Positions 43,291-56,343 of a DNA stretch of 64,000 nucleotides are shown piece by piece. The notes below the pieces were generated by a model. That model was not told the DNA's origin and did not search any database. It was given only the letters and a program-made list of their open reading frames with translations. The translations under genes were made by a program, and so were the position numbers. How positions within the stretch are numbered: the stretch's first letter is position 1; every line of letters starts with the position of its first letter. The stretch covers positions 4,898,001-4,962,000 of the forward strand of contig OZ024760.1 of the NCBI GenBank assembly GCA_964016885.1, in the 5' to 3' direction. The stretch is from Eledone cirrhosa (Eukaryota).

Positions 43291-43484
43291 ACATTACTCT
43301 CCTTATAGCTACACCACGTGTGTATTTTTTTTTTTTACCTAAATCAGTTTGTGTGTGTGTGTGTTGACATGACTCTAAACGTAGTAATTTAGGTGGTCAG
43401 AACATTCGGCTACCTATTAAATTAGGAGCTTGTAGTTGTGAGAGCTGCAGCGTGAACAAAAACACGACTTGATTGTACCCCCAC

Positions 43485-43945
43485 CATACCAACACACACA
43501 TACACACAATAAACACACCGCTAGAAATAAGTCAAATCTCCCCCCAAACTACACAACCATTTTGGAAACAGAATAAACACAGCGCTAGAAATAGCAGTCA
43601 ACTCTCCTCCCAAAACTACACAACCATTTTGGAAACAAACAAACAAAAAAAAAGACAAAAGACGTCTTGATACCAACACACAGACGGCTGTACACAATAA
43701 ACACAGCGCTAGAAATAGCAGTCAAATATCCCCCTCAAACTACACATCCATTTTGGAAATACACCATAAACACAGCGCTAAAAATAGCAGCCCCCCCCCC
43801 CCCCCCCCCGCAACCGTTATGAAAACATAAAAAAAAGACAAAAGGTTATTTGACAATATAGCCATATATACAAAATTACAGGATGGTCAGAACTGGAATG
43901 CCTGACTATGTCTGTTCAGTCATGGTCAACCTAGTGCTAAAACAA
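43485..43945 (+). repeat. Interspersed repeat with internal tandem units (cgctagaaatagcagtcaaat...caaactacac)
   Basis: About 4 imperfect units; related segments at 27367-27483 and 28411-28525. Confidence 0.55.
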
Positions 43946-44522
43946 CATGAGCTTTGTCCAAGAATGGTCATATTCAAGATTGAAATCCACGTCTACATAT
44001 TTTGTACACATAGCGCACACACACACCATATCTTCCTCATACATTTCAATTTCCTAACACCAGCTGTGTTAAAGAGCATATTTGGTATATATAAACACAC
44101 ACACACACACATATATATATATCAGCCCACACAGTAAAGTGGTTGTGTAGGTGTCACAATAAAAAGCACCCAGTCCACACTGTAAAGTGGTCGTGTAGGT
44201 GTCACGACAAAAAGCACCCAGTCCACACTGTAAAGTGGTCGTGTAGGTGTCACGACAAAAAGCACCCAGTCCACACTGTAAAGTGGTTGTGTGGGCGTCG
44301 TGACAAAAAGCACCCAGTACTCACTGTAAATGGCATTGGTGCTAGAAACCACACCAGAATCAGTTCTGTATGAGCAAGACATGGTCACATGTTTTATATA
44401 TTGGTCAGCAGTTTTATATATATTAAAAATAGCACTGGTTTCAGGCAGGTTGGTATAAAAAGTGTTAAATAGACTAGGACCCGTTGATGTAAAATAGCTG
44501 TGCAACAATTTACTATTTTTAG

Positions 44523-47135
44523 AGTGGGCTGGATGCATTCTATCATGGTATAAACACTACCCCTTTACAGTGTGGGCTGGATGCATTCTATCATGGTATA
44601 AACACTACCCATTTACAGTGTGGGCTGGATGCATTATATCATGGTATAAACACTACCCCTTTACAGTGTGGGCTGAATGCATTCTATCATGGTATAAACA
44701 CTACCCATTTACAGTGTGGGCTGGATGCATTCTATCATGGTATAAACACTACCCCTTTACAGTGTGGGCTGGATGCATTCTAACATGGTATAAACACTAC
44801 CCCTTTACAGTGTGGGCTGGATACATTCTATCATGGTATAAACACTACCCCTTTACAGTGTGGGCTGGATGCATTCTATCATGGTATAAACACTACCCCT
44901 TTACAGTGTGGGCTGGATGCATTCTATCATGGTATAAATACTAGCCCTTTACAGTGTGGGCTGGATACATTCTATCATGGTATAAGCACTACCCCTTTAC
45001 AGTGTGGGCTGGATGCATTCTATCATGGTATAAACACTAGCCCTTTACAGTGTGGGCTGGATTCATTCTATCATGGTATAAACACTAGCCCTTTACAGTG
45101 TGGGCTGGATGCATTCTATCATGGTATAAACACTAGCCCTTTACAGTGTGGGCTGGATGCATTCTATCATGGTATAAACACTAGCCCTTTACAGTGTGGG
45201 CTGGATACATTCTATCATGGTATAAACACTACCTCTTTACAGTGTGGGCTGGATGCATTCTATCATGGTATAAACACTATCCCTTTACAGTGTGGGCTGG
45301 ATACATTCTATCATGGTATAAACACTACCCCTTTACAGTGTGGGCTGGATACATTCTATCATGGTATAAACACTACCCCTTTACAGTGTGGGCTGGATGC
45401 ATTCTATCATGGTATAAACACTAGCCCTTTACAGTGTGGGCTGGATGCATTCTATCATGGTATAAACACTACCCCTTTACAGTGTGGGCTGGATGCATTC
45501 TATCATGGTATAAACACTAGCCCTTTACAGTGTGGGCTGGATGCATTCTATCATGGTATAAACACTACCCCTTTACAGTGTGGGCTGGATACATTCTATC
45601 ATGGTATAAACACTACCCCTTTACAGTGTGGGCTGGATGCATTCTATCATGGTATAAACACTAGCCCTTTACAGTGTGGGCTGGATGCATTCTATCATGG
45701 TATAAACACTAGCCCTTTACAGTGTGGGCTGGATACATTCTATCATGGTATAAACACTAGCCCTTTACAGTGTGGGCTGGATACATTCTATCATGGTATA
45801 AACACTACCCCTTTACAGTGTGGGCTGGATACATTCTATCATGGTATAAACACTAGCCCTTTACAGTGTGGGCTGGATGCATTCTATCATGGTATAAACA
45901 CTAGCCCTTTACAGTGTGGGCTGGATGCATTCTATCATGGTATAAACACTACCCCTTTACAGTGTGGGCTGGATACATTCTATCATGGTATAAACACTAG
46001 CCCTTTACAGTGTGGGCTGGATGCATTCTATCATGGTATAAACACTAGCCCTTTACAGTGTGGGCTGGATGCATTCTATCATGGTATAAACACTAGCCCT
46101 TTACAGTGTGGGCTGGATGCATTCTATCATGGTATAAACACTAGCCCTTTACAGTGTGGGCTGGATGCATTCTATCATGGTATAAACACTAGCCCTTTAC
46201 AGTGTGGGCTGGATGCATTCTATCATGGTATAAACACTAGCCCTTTACAGTGTGGGCTGGATGCATTCTATCATGGTATAAACACTAGCCCTTTACAGTG
46301 TGGGCTGGATTCATTCTATCATGGTATAAACACTAGCCCTTTACAGTGTGGGCTGGATGCATTCTATCATGGTATAAACACTAGCCCTTTACAGTGTGGG
46401 CTGGATGCATTCTATCATGGTATAAACACTAGCCCTTTACAGTGTGGGCTGGATGCATTCTATCATGGTATAAACACTACCCCTTTACAGTGTGGGCTGG
46501 ATACATTCTATCATGGTATAAACACTAGCCCTTTACAGTGTGGGCTGGATGCATTCTATCATGGTATAAACACTAGCCCTTTACAGTGTGGGCTGGATGC
46601 ATTCTATCATGGTATAAACACTAGCCCTTTACAGTGTGGGCTGGATGCATTCTATCATGGTATAAACACTAGCCCTTTACAGTGTGGGCTGGATGCATTC
46701 TATCATGGTATAAACACTAGCCCTTTACAGTGTGGGCTGGATGCATTCTATCATGGTATAAACACTAGCCCTTTACAGTGTGGGCTGGATGCATTCTATC
46801 ATGGTATAAACACTAGCCCTTTACAGTGTGGGCTGGATTCATTCTATCATGGTATAAACACTAGCCCTTTACAGTGTGGGCTGGATGCATTCTATCATGG
46901 TATAAACACTAGCCCTTTACAGTGTGGGCTGGATGCATTCTATCATGGTATAAACACTAGCCCTTTACAGTGTGGGCTGGATTCATTCTATCATGGTATA
47001 AACACTAGCCCTTTACAGTGTGGGCTGGATGCATTCTATCATGGTATAAACACTAGCCCTTTACAGTGTGGGCTGGATGCATTCTATCATGGTATAAACA
47101 CTAGCCCTTTACAGTGTGGGATGGATGCATTTTAT
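44523..47135 (+). repeat. 48-bp satellite, about 54 near-identical copies
   Basis: Unit ccctttacagtgtgggctggatgcattctatcatggtataaacacta[c/g]; degenerate copies trail to ~47235. Confidence 0.97.
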
Positions 47136-48809
47136 CATGACCTCAGCACTACCAGTTTTCAGCGTGGCCTGGGTACATATTATCATGACACCGGCACTTT
47201 CCCTTTGCAGTGTTGTCTGGGTGCATTTTATATTGATGATGACTGGATTATTCTAGCGTGGCATTAATACTAGTGCAAATGTTGTCTATGGCTGGACAAA
47301 GAGGGGGAGAGAGATGTGAGCATGTCACTGTACAAGCAGCGGTAGGAAGGTGAGGAGGTGTGAGAGCATTTGTTTTGCACCTACTGGTTTACATGGAAAT
47401 CAGTTTGCAGATTACATAAAAAGAGGAATTCTTTCAACAGATTTCAATAAAATTATATGATGTTTGCAATAGGAAAAGAAATGGTATGATATGGTCCCAT
47501 AACTCCTGATAGTCATAGGGGCGCCGTATTGACATACAGCGTTTCTTGGGTTAAGCCTGGCGGAGCCTATCCCTCACCATGAAAATTTCTTCCAGAGAGA
47601 GGAAGAATCGACCCCAGTACTAGACTGGTACTTTGTTTATCGACCTTGAAAGGATGAAAGGCAAAGTTTACCTCAGCGGGTTTGAACTGAGAGAGCAGAG
47701 AGTCGGAATGAATACCATAAAGCATTCTACCTGGCGTTCTAATGACTCTGCCAATTCACCGCCTAGGAAAAAGAAAGAGAAAAAAATTAATAGCGGGGAG
47801 AATGTTGCAGACTCTGTACCTCAGTCTAGGTGGTATATCTCAGCTGAAATCTGGTCAAATACTGGGATTTTACCAACTACATCCTTTTCTTGCCAGTTGC
47901 TGTTGAGACCTCTGGTGTCTTTGATCTAAGAATTGCTGTTTTCTTTTGCAGGGTGAGACACTTCCAAAACAAAATGGTCAGATTTTTTTTATATGAATAC
48001 ATCAAAATAAATATTTCCATTACTTGACATGACAAAAAGTGCCCAATCCACACTGTAAAGTGGTCTTGTAGCTGTCATGACAAAAAGTGCCCAGTCTACA
48101 CTGTAAAGTGGTTGTGCAGGTGGAATGACACAAAGCACCCAGTCTACACTGTAAATGTGGTCCTGTAGATGTCATGACAAAAAGTGTCTAGTCTATAGGT
48201 AAAGTAGTCCTGTAGATGTCATGACAAAAAGTGTCTAGTCTATAGGTAAAGTAGTCCTGTAGGTATCGCAACAAAAAGTGCCCAACCCACACTGTAATGT
48301 GGTGTTTTTGCAAAAAGCACTTGGTCCACTCTGTAAATATGGTTGGCATTAGGAAGAGCACCCAGCTGTAGAAATCTAGCAAGAAATGGTCACCTGATTT
48401 GTCTCAAATGGGACAACTCGCCTAACTCATGCTAGCATGGAACAAAGGCCTTTAAATGATGATGATGCCCGGTGGGTTGAAGAACAATATGTATTTTTTG
48501 TGGGTGTTCATTTTCTAATTTCTGTCTACAAACCACAAACACACTCCCACAACTTCTGTTCCGAGACTTGACCAACCAGTTCCTTTTCAAGCTGGTTGCC
48601 CTCAACACCTCAGTCCCTTTGTATCTCTAAAGTCGGTCTTGAGTCCAGTGGCTCATCAGACCGGTGCGTGTTCCAGTTTCCGTGGCGTTAAGCAACTGAG
48701 AGTACAAGACTCCCCCAGGACAGGACGCCAGTCCATCACAGCTTCCTGTGTATATATTTTTTCAATTCATTCACCACCCTTTTTTACCTACTTGTTCTCT
48801 CTCCCTTAC

Positions 48810-49175
48810 GTGTGTCTATGTGTTGTGTGTGAGCTACTGTGTATGTGTGTGTCTGAGCATTGGTATAAGCTAGCTAATTGTGTGTGAGCTACTGTGTATG
48901 TGTCTATGCATGGGTATAAGCTAGCTAATTGTGTGAGCTCTTGTAAATATGTGTGTGTGTGTGTCTATTTACTGGTATAAGCTAGCTTATTTATGTGAGT
49001 TCCTCTGTGCGTTGGTATAAGCTAATTGTGAGTTCCTGTGACTGTGTCTATGCATTGCTATAAGCAGGCTAACTGTGTATGAGTGTGTGTCTGTGTTGGT
49101 ATAAGCTAATTCTGTGTGAGTTCTGTGTGTATGTGTGTGTGTCTATCTGGGTTGGTATAAACTAATTCTGTATGT
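48810..49175 (+). repeat. Degenerate minisatellite (..ttggtataagctagctaattgtgtgag..)
   Basis: About 7-8 imperfect copies. Confidence 0.8.
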
Positions 49176-51089
49176 GAAGAATGAAGAGACATGTAGGTGT
49201 GACCTATAAAACAATAGACACAAAAGAACTGGAATTCTGTTTGACCAACTATTTTGTATGACCATAAATTCCACAAAAATGCCAAGACTGCCTGGTTAAA
49301 GTTCATTGTTTAGTGTTTATGGTGTTTTGACCTGTCTCGTGTTTTGGCGTGAGATAGTTAGGATTGGTATAGGAATAGTATTTTATATCAGTCTCTTCTG
49401 GTTTGTTATCAGAAGAAGCCTTGGCGCTGCTGGTTTCCCATCACAACTGGAGCCTGCCATCCTCGGCCTTGGCAGTGACAAGGTCTAAAAAAGTCTTAAC
49501 CCTTTAGCATTTAAAGTTCTCTCACCTATTTCTGTTCAAACCGACTGTAACCGGCTGATCAAACTGATAAGTTATTGTTCTCAAAATAAATATCAAAATC
49601 TCATAGATATGTGAGGTAAAGCCTTTACTGTGAAAATACAATAGTATATATAGAGTAATGTAAATGCTAAAGGGTTTATTCTTTTTTATAGATATACATA
49701 ATTTGTTGCATAAAGTTTGTTGTTTATTATATTAACATCACGACTTGTTAACCCTTTAGCATTTACAGTACTCTATATTTACTATTATACTTTCACAGTA
49801 AACACTTTATTTCACATGATTATCTCATAATATCGAATCTACGAAATTTTGATATTATTTATTTTGAGAACAATACCTTAATGCCAGTGTGAGCAGCTGG
49901 TTATGGCCAGTTTGAACAGAAAGAGGTGAGAGAATTCTGGCCAGATATGGCTAGTTTAAATGCTTAAGGGTTAAACGTTCAAGTATCACTGTTTAGTGTG
50001 TGATATGGTGTCTCATAATTTGACATGGCTGAATGTGGACTGACATGGGATTGGTATTATTTCCTGTTTTTTTGTTTTTTTTAATTTTTAGACTTAAAAT
50101 ATATTTCATTTTTATATTTTTATTTATGCAAGATTCTTGATGTGAAATCAGGCATTGGAATTTATATTGTTTTACTTTTTGACAATTAAATAACCATCCA
50201 CTTACGAAACTAACCAAGGAATGGATTAGTTGCCTAATGAATAATGGTTTCTAACAAAGAGGCAGAAGGCCAGAAATTTTAGGGGAGGAGGGAAACTTGA
50301 TTAAATCAATCCCAGTACTTGACTGGCATAGTAGCATCATTGTCAACTTAAGAGAGACCGAGAGTCAGATTACTACTACTACTACATTGCATAGTAGTTT
50401 GAATTTATATAAAAATGGTGCAAATACTTGAAACGTAGCAAAAAGTTCTGTCATGCAGTTACTGGTTACATGCAATCTGCTGGGTAAGAGCATAATTCTT
50501 ATCTTGTTCTGAGAGCCTCACTGAACATCTGCATGTGGCCCTAGGGCCACAGGTTAGGGATCCTTCTGCTAAACCATAACAGAATTCAAGACTGTATTTT
50601 GATGATCTTGTCCTCATAGCAGAAACTGTAAAGAACCAAAATCTGGAATGAAAGGGCCCCAGGTAAACTTAGTAAAGACTAAAGTTTTAGTAAGTATGAA
50701 AAAGGATAAGACTTAGGTGCATGGCATGTTTGCATGGTCTTGTCCCGTAATTCCTGAGGGAGTTGTAGGGTGTCATATTGACATATAGCGTTTCTAGGGC
50801 ACTTTTTAAAACCTGGCAGAGCCCATATCCTCTCCCGGTCTGAATACAGGAGATTTCTTCCAGAGAAGGAGAGAGAGAAAGGAAGTAAGAAAGAGATATA
50901 GAGGAAGAATCGAGCATAGGACTTGACTGGTAATTTTTTTTATTGATCTCCAATGGATGAAAGGCAAAGTTGACTTCAGCAGGATTTGAACTCAGAGAGA
51001 CGAAACGAATATCGCAAAGCATTCTATCTTTCGTTGCCTAATTCTCAGATACTGGAGTGAGTAGAAACTCCATGCAGTGTGCCATGGAT

Positions 51090-51535
51090 ATGAAATTTAT
51101 GTTTTCCCTATAGTTTTTTATGTGTTTTGAATAGATCTGACGTTCAAAACCATTGGCAATTATTCATTCTTTTTTTTAGTTACCGAGGAGTGGAGGGGAC
51201 CCCCTTGAAGTTTGGGGGTGAATATTACACTCGTCTTGCTTTGGAGGTAAAAGTTATTTTTCCTATTGTCTTTGATGTGAATGAATATGGCCTTCAAAAT
51301 CCATTGAAAATTATTCGTCTTTCAGTTAACAGATGCAATGTGTTTTCAGATTTTAGGTGAAATTTATCAGATGGAGGTGAAATTTATGTTTCCTATTGTT
51401 TTTGATGTGTTTTGAACAAATACGGCCTTCAAAATTCTCAGCAATTAAAAAACAAATAATTCTTGATGGATTTGGAGGTCAGATCTATTCAAAACATCAA
51501 AAACCATAGGAAAAAAGCATAAATTTCACCTCCAA
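51090..51535. repeat. Fold-back element with internal direct repeats
   Basis: tgaaatttatgtttt...ttttgaatagatctgac vs gtcagatctattcaaaa...cataaatttca; internal ggaggtgaaattt/cctattgt repeats. Confidence 0.6.
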
Positions 51536-51939
51536 CATGTGACAAGTATAATTGTGAAAATTTACCCAAGTTTAAACATTTTTTTATTTAACCCTTTAGC
51601 ATTTACGTTACTCTATATTTATGATTTCACAGTAAAGGCTTTATCTCACATAATATCGAATCTACAAGATTTTGATATTTATTTTGAGAACAATACCTTA
51701 ACGTTGGTATGAGTGACCGGTTACAGCTGGTTTGAACAGAAAGAGATGAGACAATTCTGGCCGGATACGGCCAGTTTAAATGCTAATGGGTTAAGACCGA
51801 ATGCCCTTACTTAAATCTTAAGTATGCTCCTTATTTTCATTACTCTTCATGTGCCAAACTGCAAAGCTATGGAACATAAACAAATGATTCGTTATTTTAA
51901 GTGATTTCAATATAAAAACATGCACATACACACACAAAT

Positions 51940-52007
<68 letters not shown>

Positions 52008-53241
52008 AGCTGTAAAGTTCATAGGCTGACTATGAAGGAGTGATGCTAGTGTTGTGAAATCTTGCATGCATTAATTTCAACTCTTATTAATAACTGCATT
52101 GTTTCTTTCCAGGGACTATGTTGAAAAATAAACCTCATTTGGTCATTCCATGAGAGTATCTTGGTCAACTTATGAACTATTCAGCCGACCCTTGTGTGTG
52201 TGTATGTGTGTGTTTGTATGTGTATATATATATATATATATCATCACTGTTTAACGTCCATTTTTCAACACTAGCTGATTCAACACTGATTGATATTTTG
52301 TTTTATTTCTTCATTAAAACCATGAAAGTCAGTATCACTACTTTCACAAGCCATGTTGATAGACACACGCACAATCTGCTGTACTTCTAATGTTAAAAAA
52401 ACCATGTGTTTAAGTTTCACTCTGTTAAGTGTTGTATTTCATGGTAAAGGCTTCATCTCGTAGTAATCTTGAATCAAGATTTTGATGATGTTATTGTTTA
52501 TCTTGGAACGATATCTTAGTGTGGGTGTCAGTGGCCAGTTTGAACAAATAAGGGGGAAATGATTTGGCCGGTTTGAACACTAAAGGGTTATCCCTTTATC
52601 ATTTACATTACTCTATATATATTTTCATGGTAAAGGCTTTCTCTCACATAGTATCGAAACTGAGATTTTGATATTATTTATTTTGAGAATAATACCCTAA
52701 CATCAGTATGAGCGTCCGGTTACAGCCGGTTTGAATAGAAACACATGCAAGAATTCTGGCCGGTTTGAAAATTAAAAGGTTAAAGTTAATTCAGTTGCCT
52801 ATTATGTCTTTATTAGTGGACAGATTCTTGTGTAGCTTTTCAGTATTAAAGACTTTAATTCTTATTGTGATGCAATCAGAATTCTGTTATTGTATTTTTC
52901 AACAATATTTTGCTAATGTGTTTTCATGTAGTTTGTTATTTCAAATGTTCATAGTAACTTTACTAGTGGACAGATCATTGTGAAAATTTGCAATGTCTTG
53001 TTCATGCAACTTCATGTGGTGCAGGACATTAAAGTTAATTTAAATGAATATAGTATCTTTACTATTGGATAGATCATTGTGAAAATTCACAGTATTAGAG
53101 TAAAGGCTTTAGTTTTTAATGTAATCCAGTTAGTGCTGTTTTGTTAATGTGGATTATCACAGTACAGGACATTGAGTTAATACAAAAATACTCACCAAAC
53201 TTGCTTGAATTAATTTTCATTTCTCTTTATTTCAGACAAAA

Positions 53242-53317
53242 ATGGAAGAATTAAAGAAAAAAATTCGTGCTGTTTTACAGACTTTTAAGTATGGAATACA
53301 GGCTTCATGCTTTGAAG
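53242..53317 (+). CDS. TDRD7: LOTUS/OST-HTH protein, TDRD7-like, first coding exon (MEELKKKIRAVLQTFKYGIQASCFE)
   Basis: Acceptor tttcag at 53235, ATG 53242, g|gtaatt donor phase 1; RAVLQxxKxG matches the TDRD7 LOTUS-1 start. TDRD5/other LOTUS genes not excluded. Confidence 0.7.
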
Positions 53318-53591
53318 GTAATTTGTTTGTGAGCACTATCATCTTAGGAGAGGCAGGTTGGGTGGGGGTGGAGGTCACCTTGATTTTAACTTGGGACTAG
53401 CCTGCCATTTTCAAACTAAGTACTATTTTTTAATTGAAATATATTATCAGTGCACTCTTTAACCTGTTGACTGTTGCGTATATTTTACACAGCTATAGTT
53501 GCTGTGTCGGGTTTTTTTCCTGTAAAATGACTATTTTTTTTAGTGGGGCCTATAAAACTAAGCTCTGCTTAAGCAGTAACAAAGGGACTCC

Positions 53592-53861
53592 TTAACCTGT
53601 TGACCGCTGCGTATATTTTACACAGCTACAGTTGCTGCATGGGTTTTTTTCCAGTAAAATGGCTATTTAAAAAACAAACATTTATTAACAACACATATCT
53701 GAATGATTGACAAACGTCACATCAATAAACTAGTAACTCCATCTAGCTTTGAAGTTATGAACTGTTGGAAACGGGTTCATAACTTTGAAGTTATGAACTG
53801 TTGGAAATGAGTTCAAACATGTTAGGATGAGTTATCTTGTCTGTGGCACTGAAGAGGTTAA
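53592..53861. mobile_element. Second TTAA-bounded MITE with duplicated left end (53459-53540)
   Basis: TTAACCTGTTGAC...CACTGAAGAGGTTAA; the same right end occurs at window positions ~1-29. Confidence 0.5.
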
Positions 53862-56157
53862 AGTGGTTGGTGTCTCAACATAGAAACCATGCCAGATATG
53901 GTGTGTAAGAGCAAGATATGGTCTCAGGCCATGATAACCCGTCCAGCCCTGCCAGCATGGATAGGAGACATACAATGATATCTGGTTTGGCTGGATTTTT
54001 CTATACCTATATATCTTATCTTGGTTAAGTCAGGGTTCTGCCTGCTACTGGTTTCATGTAGCCCTGCTTCATGGTCGAGTGGTCAGTCACTAAACTGGCT
54101 CCTCTACCAGACTTTGGTCTGGTGAGGAGGGTAAGTGGCACCCCAGCAGCACAAAAAAAAAAAGAGCTGTTAAAAGGGTGGATGAACTCCCTAAAGCCAA
54201 AGGCCATCCCTCCAACTTTACCCATTAGCATTTACATTATTCATGGTAAAGGCTTTATCTCACATAATACCGAATCCACGAGATTTTGATATTATTTATT
54301 TTCAGAACAATATCTTAAATAAGTATAAGCAGCCAGTTACAGCTGGTTTGAACAGAAAGGGGTGAGAGAATTCTGGTCTGATATGGCCGGTTTAAATGCT
54401 AAAGGGTTAAATAGCCTCACTATTGGCTAAGCATCGGTGATATAGCTAAGTACCTGATATGACCAAAGCCAAACAGAATGTGGTGGAGGTCAATCAGGGA
54501 AGGGTTCCTCAAATAGAGAGGAGTAGACCCTCGATTGGATTAGATATATCTCCTCCATATAAAATTGTACACCAAATGACTGAAATATAATATAAATACA
54601 TATCTCAGTTTTTGCTGGGTGTACAATTTGATATATTATTGAATTAGCTGCCAGTGTAAGCACTAATATGAAAACTGGAGCCTCCAGTTTGCTATTTCTA
54701 CCATATTTGGTAAGTACAGTTCATACTGGAACAAACTACCTGCATCATTTGTTAGCTGTCGGGACACTGCATCTTTCATGCTTCCCAAAATTTGCCAACA
54801 TTACACCTGATATTCCGCCTCCATACACACGTGCGCACATGTATCTGTGTATACCAGGATTCATATGCAGTTCACTTTCCCGCCATTTGTACATTATTCT
54901 ATGTACTATACATGAACCTTTGTAGTTGTAGTGCACCTGAGCACTGTACACAATAATTTTATTATTATTATTATTATTACATGAAGCCATTAGTTACTAC
55001 TCTGTGGATTGTAAAGTATGTGCACAATTTCAGAAGGCCAGATAATTGTGTCTCACTCATACATTCCACTTGTGCCTTGGTTTTTATGGTTGGGTGCTCT
55101 TCCTAAACACCAACCATTTCATGACATTTACTGGGTGTTTAAATTTTATTTATTTGTAAATAGTTTGAAAAACAAATCCTCCTGTCTTGTGCCCACTTGT
55201 TAATGTCCCTTGTGCATTGGAGCTAGTGATATTAACCATAAAACACTGAAACCTCAGAAACTTCCAGCGGACGACTGATGAGAAGGGACTGTATTGTGTT
55301 TCGTCCTTTTTTTTCCATTGTCTTCGCCCGTTTTTGATTCACCATGCAGGACACTTTTCCAAATTTTTTAATATATATATATATATATAGAGTATATAGA
55401 GAAAGGCACATGGCTTAGTGGTTAGAGCGGACCGGGTGATGTGTTGTTACCTTGAGCAAGACACTTTTTTCACATTGCTCCAGTTTACTTAGCTGTAGAA
55501 ATGAGATGATTGGACTGGGGTCCATATCATTTCACTGCAAAGTGGTCGTGGAGGTGCCACGGCAAAAAAGTACCCAGCACTCACTGTAAATGAGGTTGGC
55601 GTTAGGAAGGGCATCCAGCTGTAGAAATTAAGCCAGAATTAGTTCCCGTCCCACCCTTGCAAGCAGGGAAAAAGCGGACGTAAAATGAAATGATGATGAT
55701 GATGATATATATATATATATAGTAATAATAAATATGAAGACTAAAATTTGAAGAGGGATTGATAAGGATTATATATATATACATAAGATAAATATTTACT
55801 TCTGCGTCCACAGATTGATTTTTCTCAGTTTCAGAAGATCCCGTAAAGGGTGAAAGCAGCGATTCTTTGCTTAAACTTTAATCTGTACTTATAATATATC
55901 ATCATCATGTGTGTGTGTGTGTGTGTTCTAACTGCTCGCAGAATATGAGAAACTTTTTGAGAAAATTTAAATCCATTTAATGTAAGAATTATAAAAATAT
56001 TCATTCTGTTGTTGTATTAAAGAAAAAAAATAATCACCACTCACTCACATACATACAAAAATATGCAGACACACGTGCATATATACAGCTTTACCTCTAT
56101 TTTCCTTCGTGATTTTCCAAAACTTTATTTTTTCATTTAAAAAAAAAAAATGTTTAG

Positions 56158-56263
56158 ATCATTATAGAAATTTGGCCAAAGAGAACATACAGTACGAACA
56201 GTATGGATTTCATAGCCTTGATGACCTCATGTCCCACATTCCAGACACTGTTGACCAAGTATA
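56158..56263 (+). CDS. TDRD7: TDRD7-like exon 2 (DHYRNLAKENIQYEQYGFHSLDDLMSHIPDTVDQV)
   Basis: tttag acceptor phase 1, ta|gtaagt donor phase 2; Y..I...YGFxSLxDLxxxIPD LOTUS signature. Confidence 0.8.
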
Positions 56264-56343
56264 GTAAGTATGGTACAATTATTCTTCAACCTGACCATAC
56301 TGCAGTTTTGGGTGGTGTTATTTGTACCAGTAAACCCATTAGT

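Noticed and set aside
44523-47135. CRISPR-like or coding (WAGCILSWYKHYPFTV) array
   Set aside because: No unique spacers, no cas genes, eukaryotic context; the cactag variant puts stops in the frame
55270-55315. CTGATGA plus hairpin as a hammerhead
   Set aside because: No GAAA/stem III follows; at most a remnant. The same applies to CTGAAGA near 32196 and the minus-strand one near 12465
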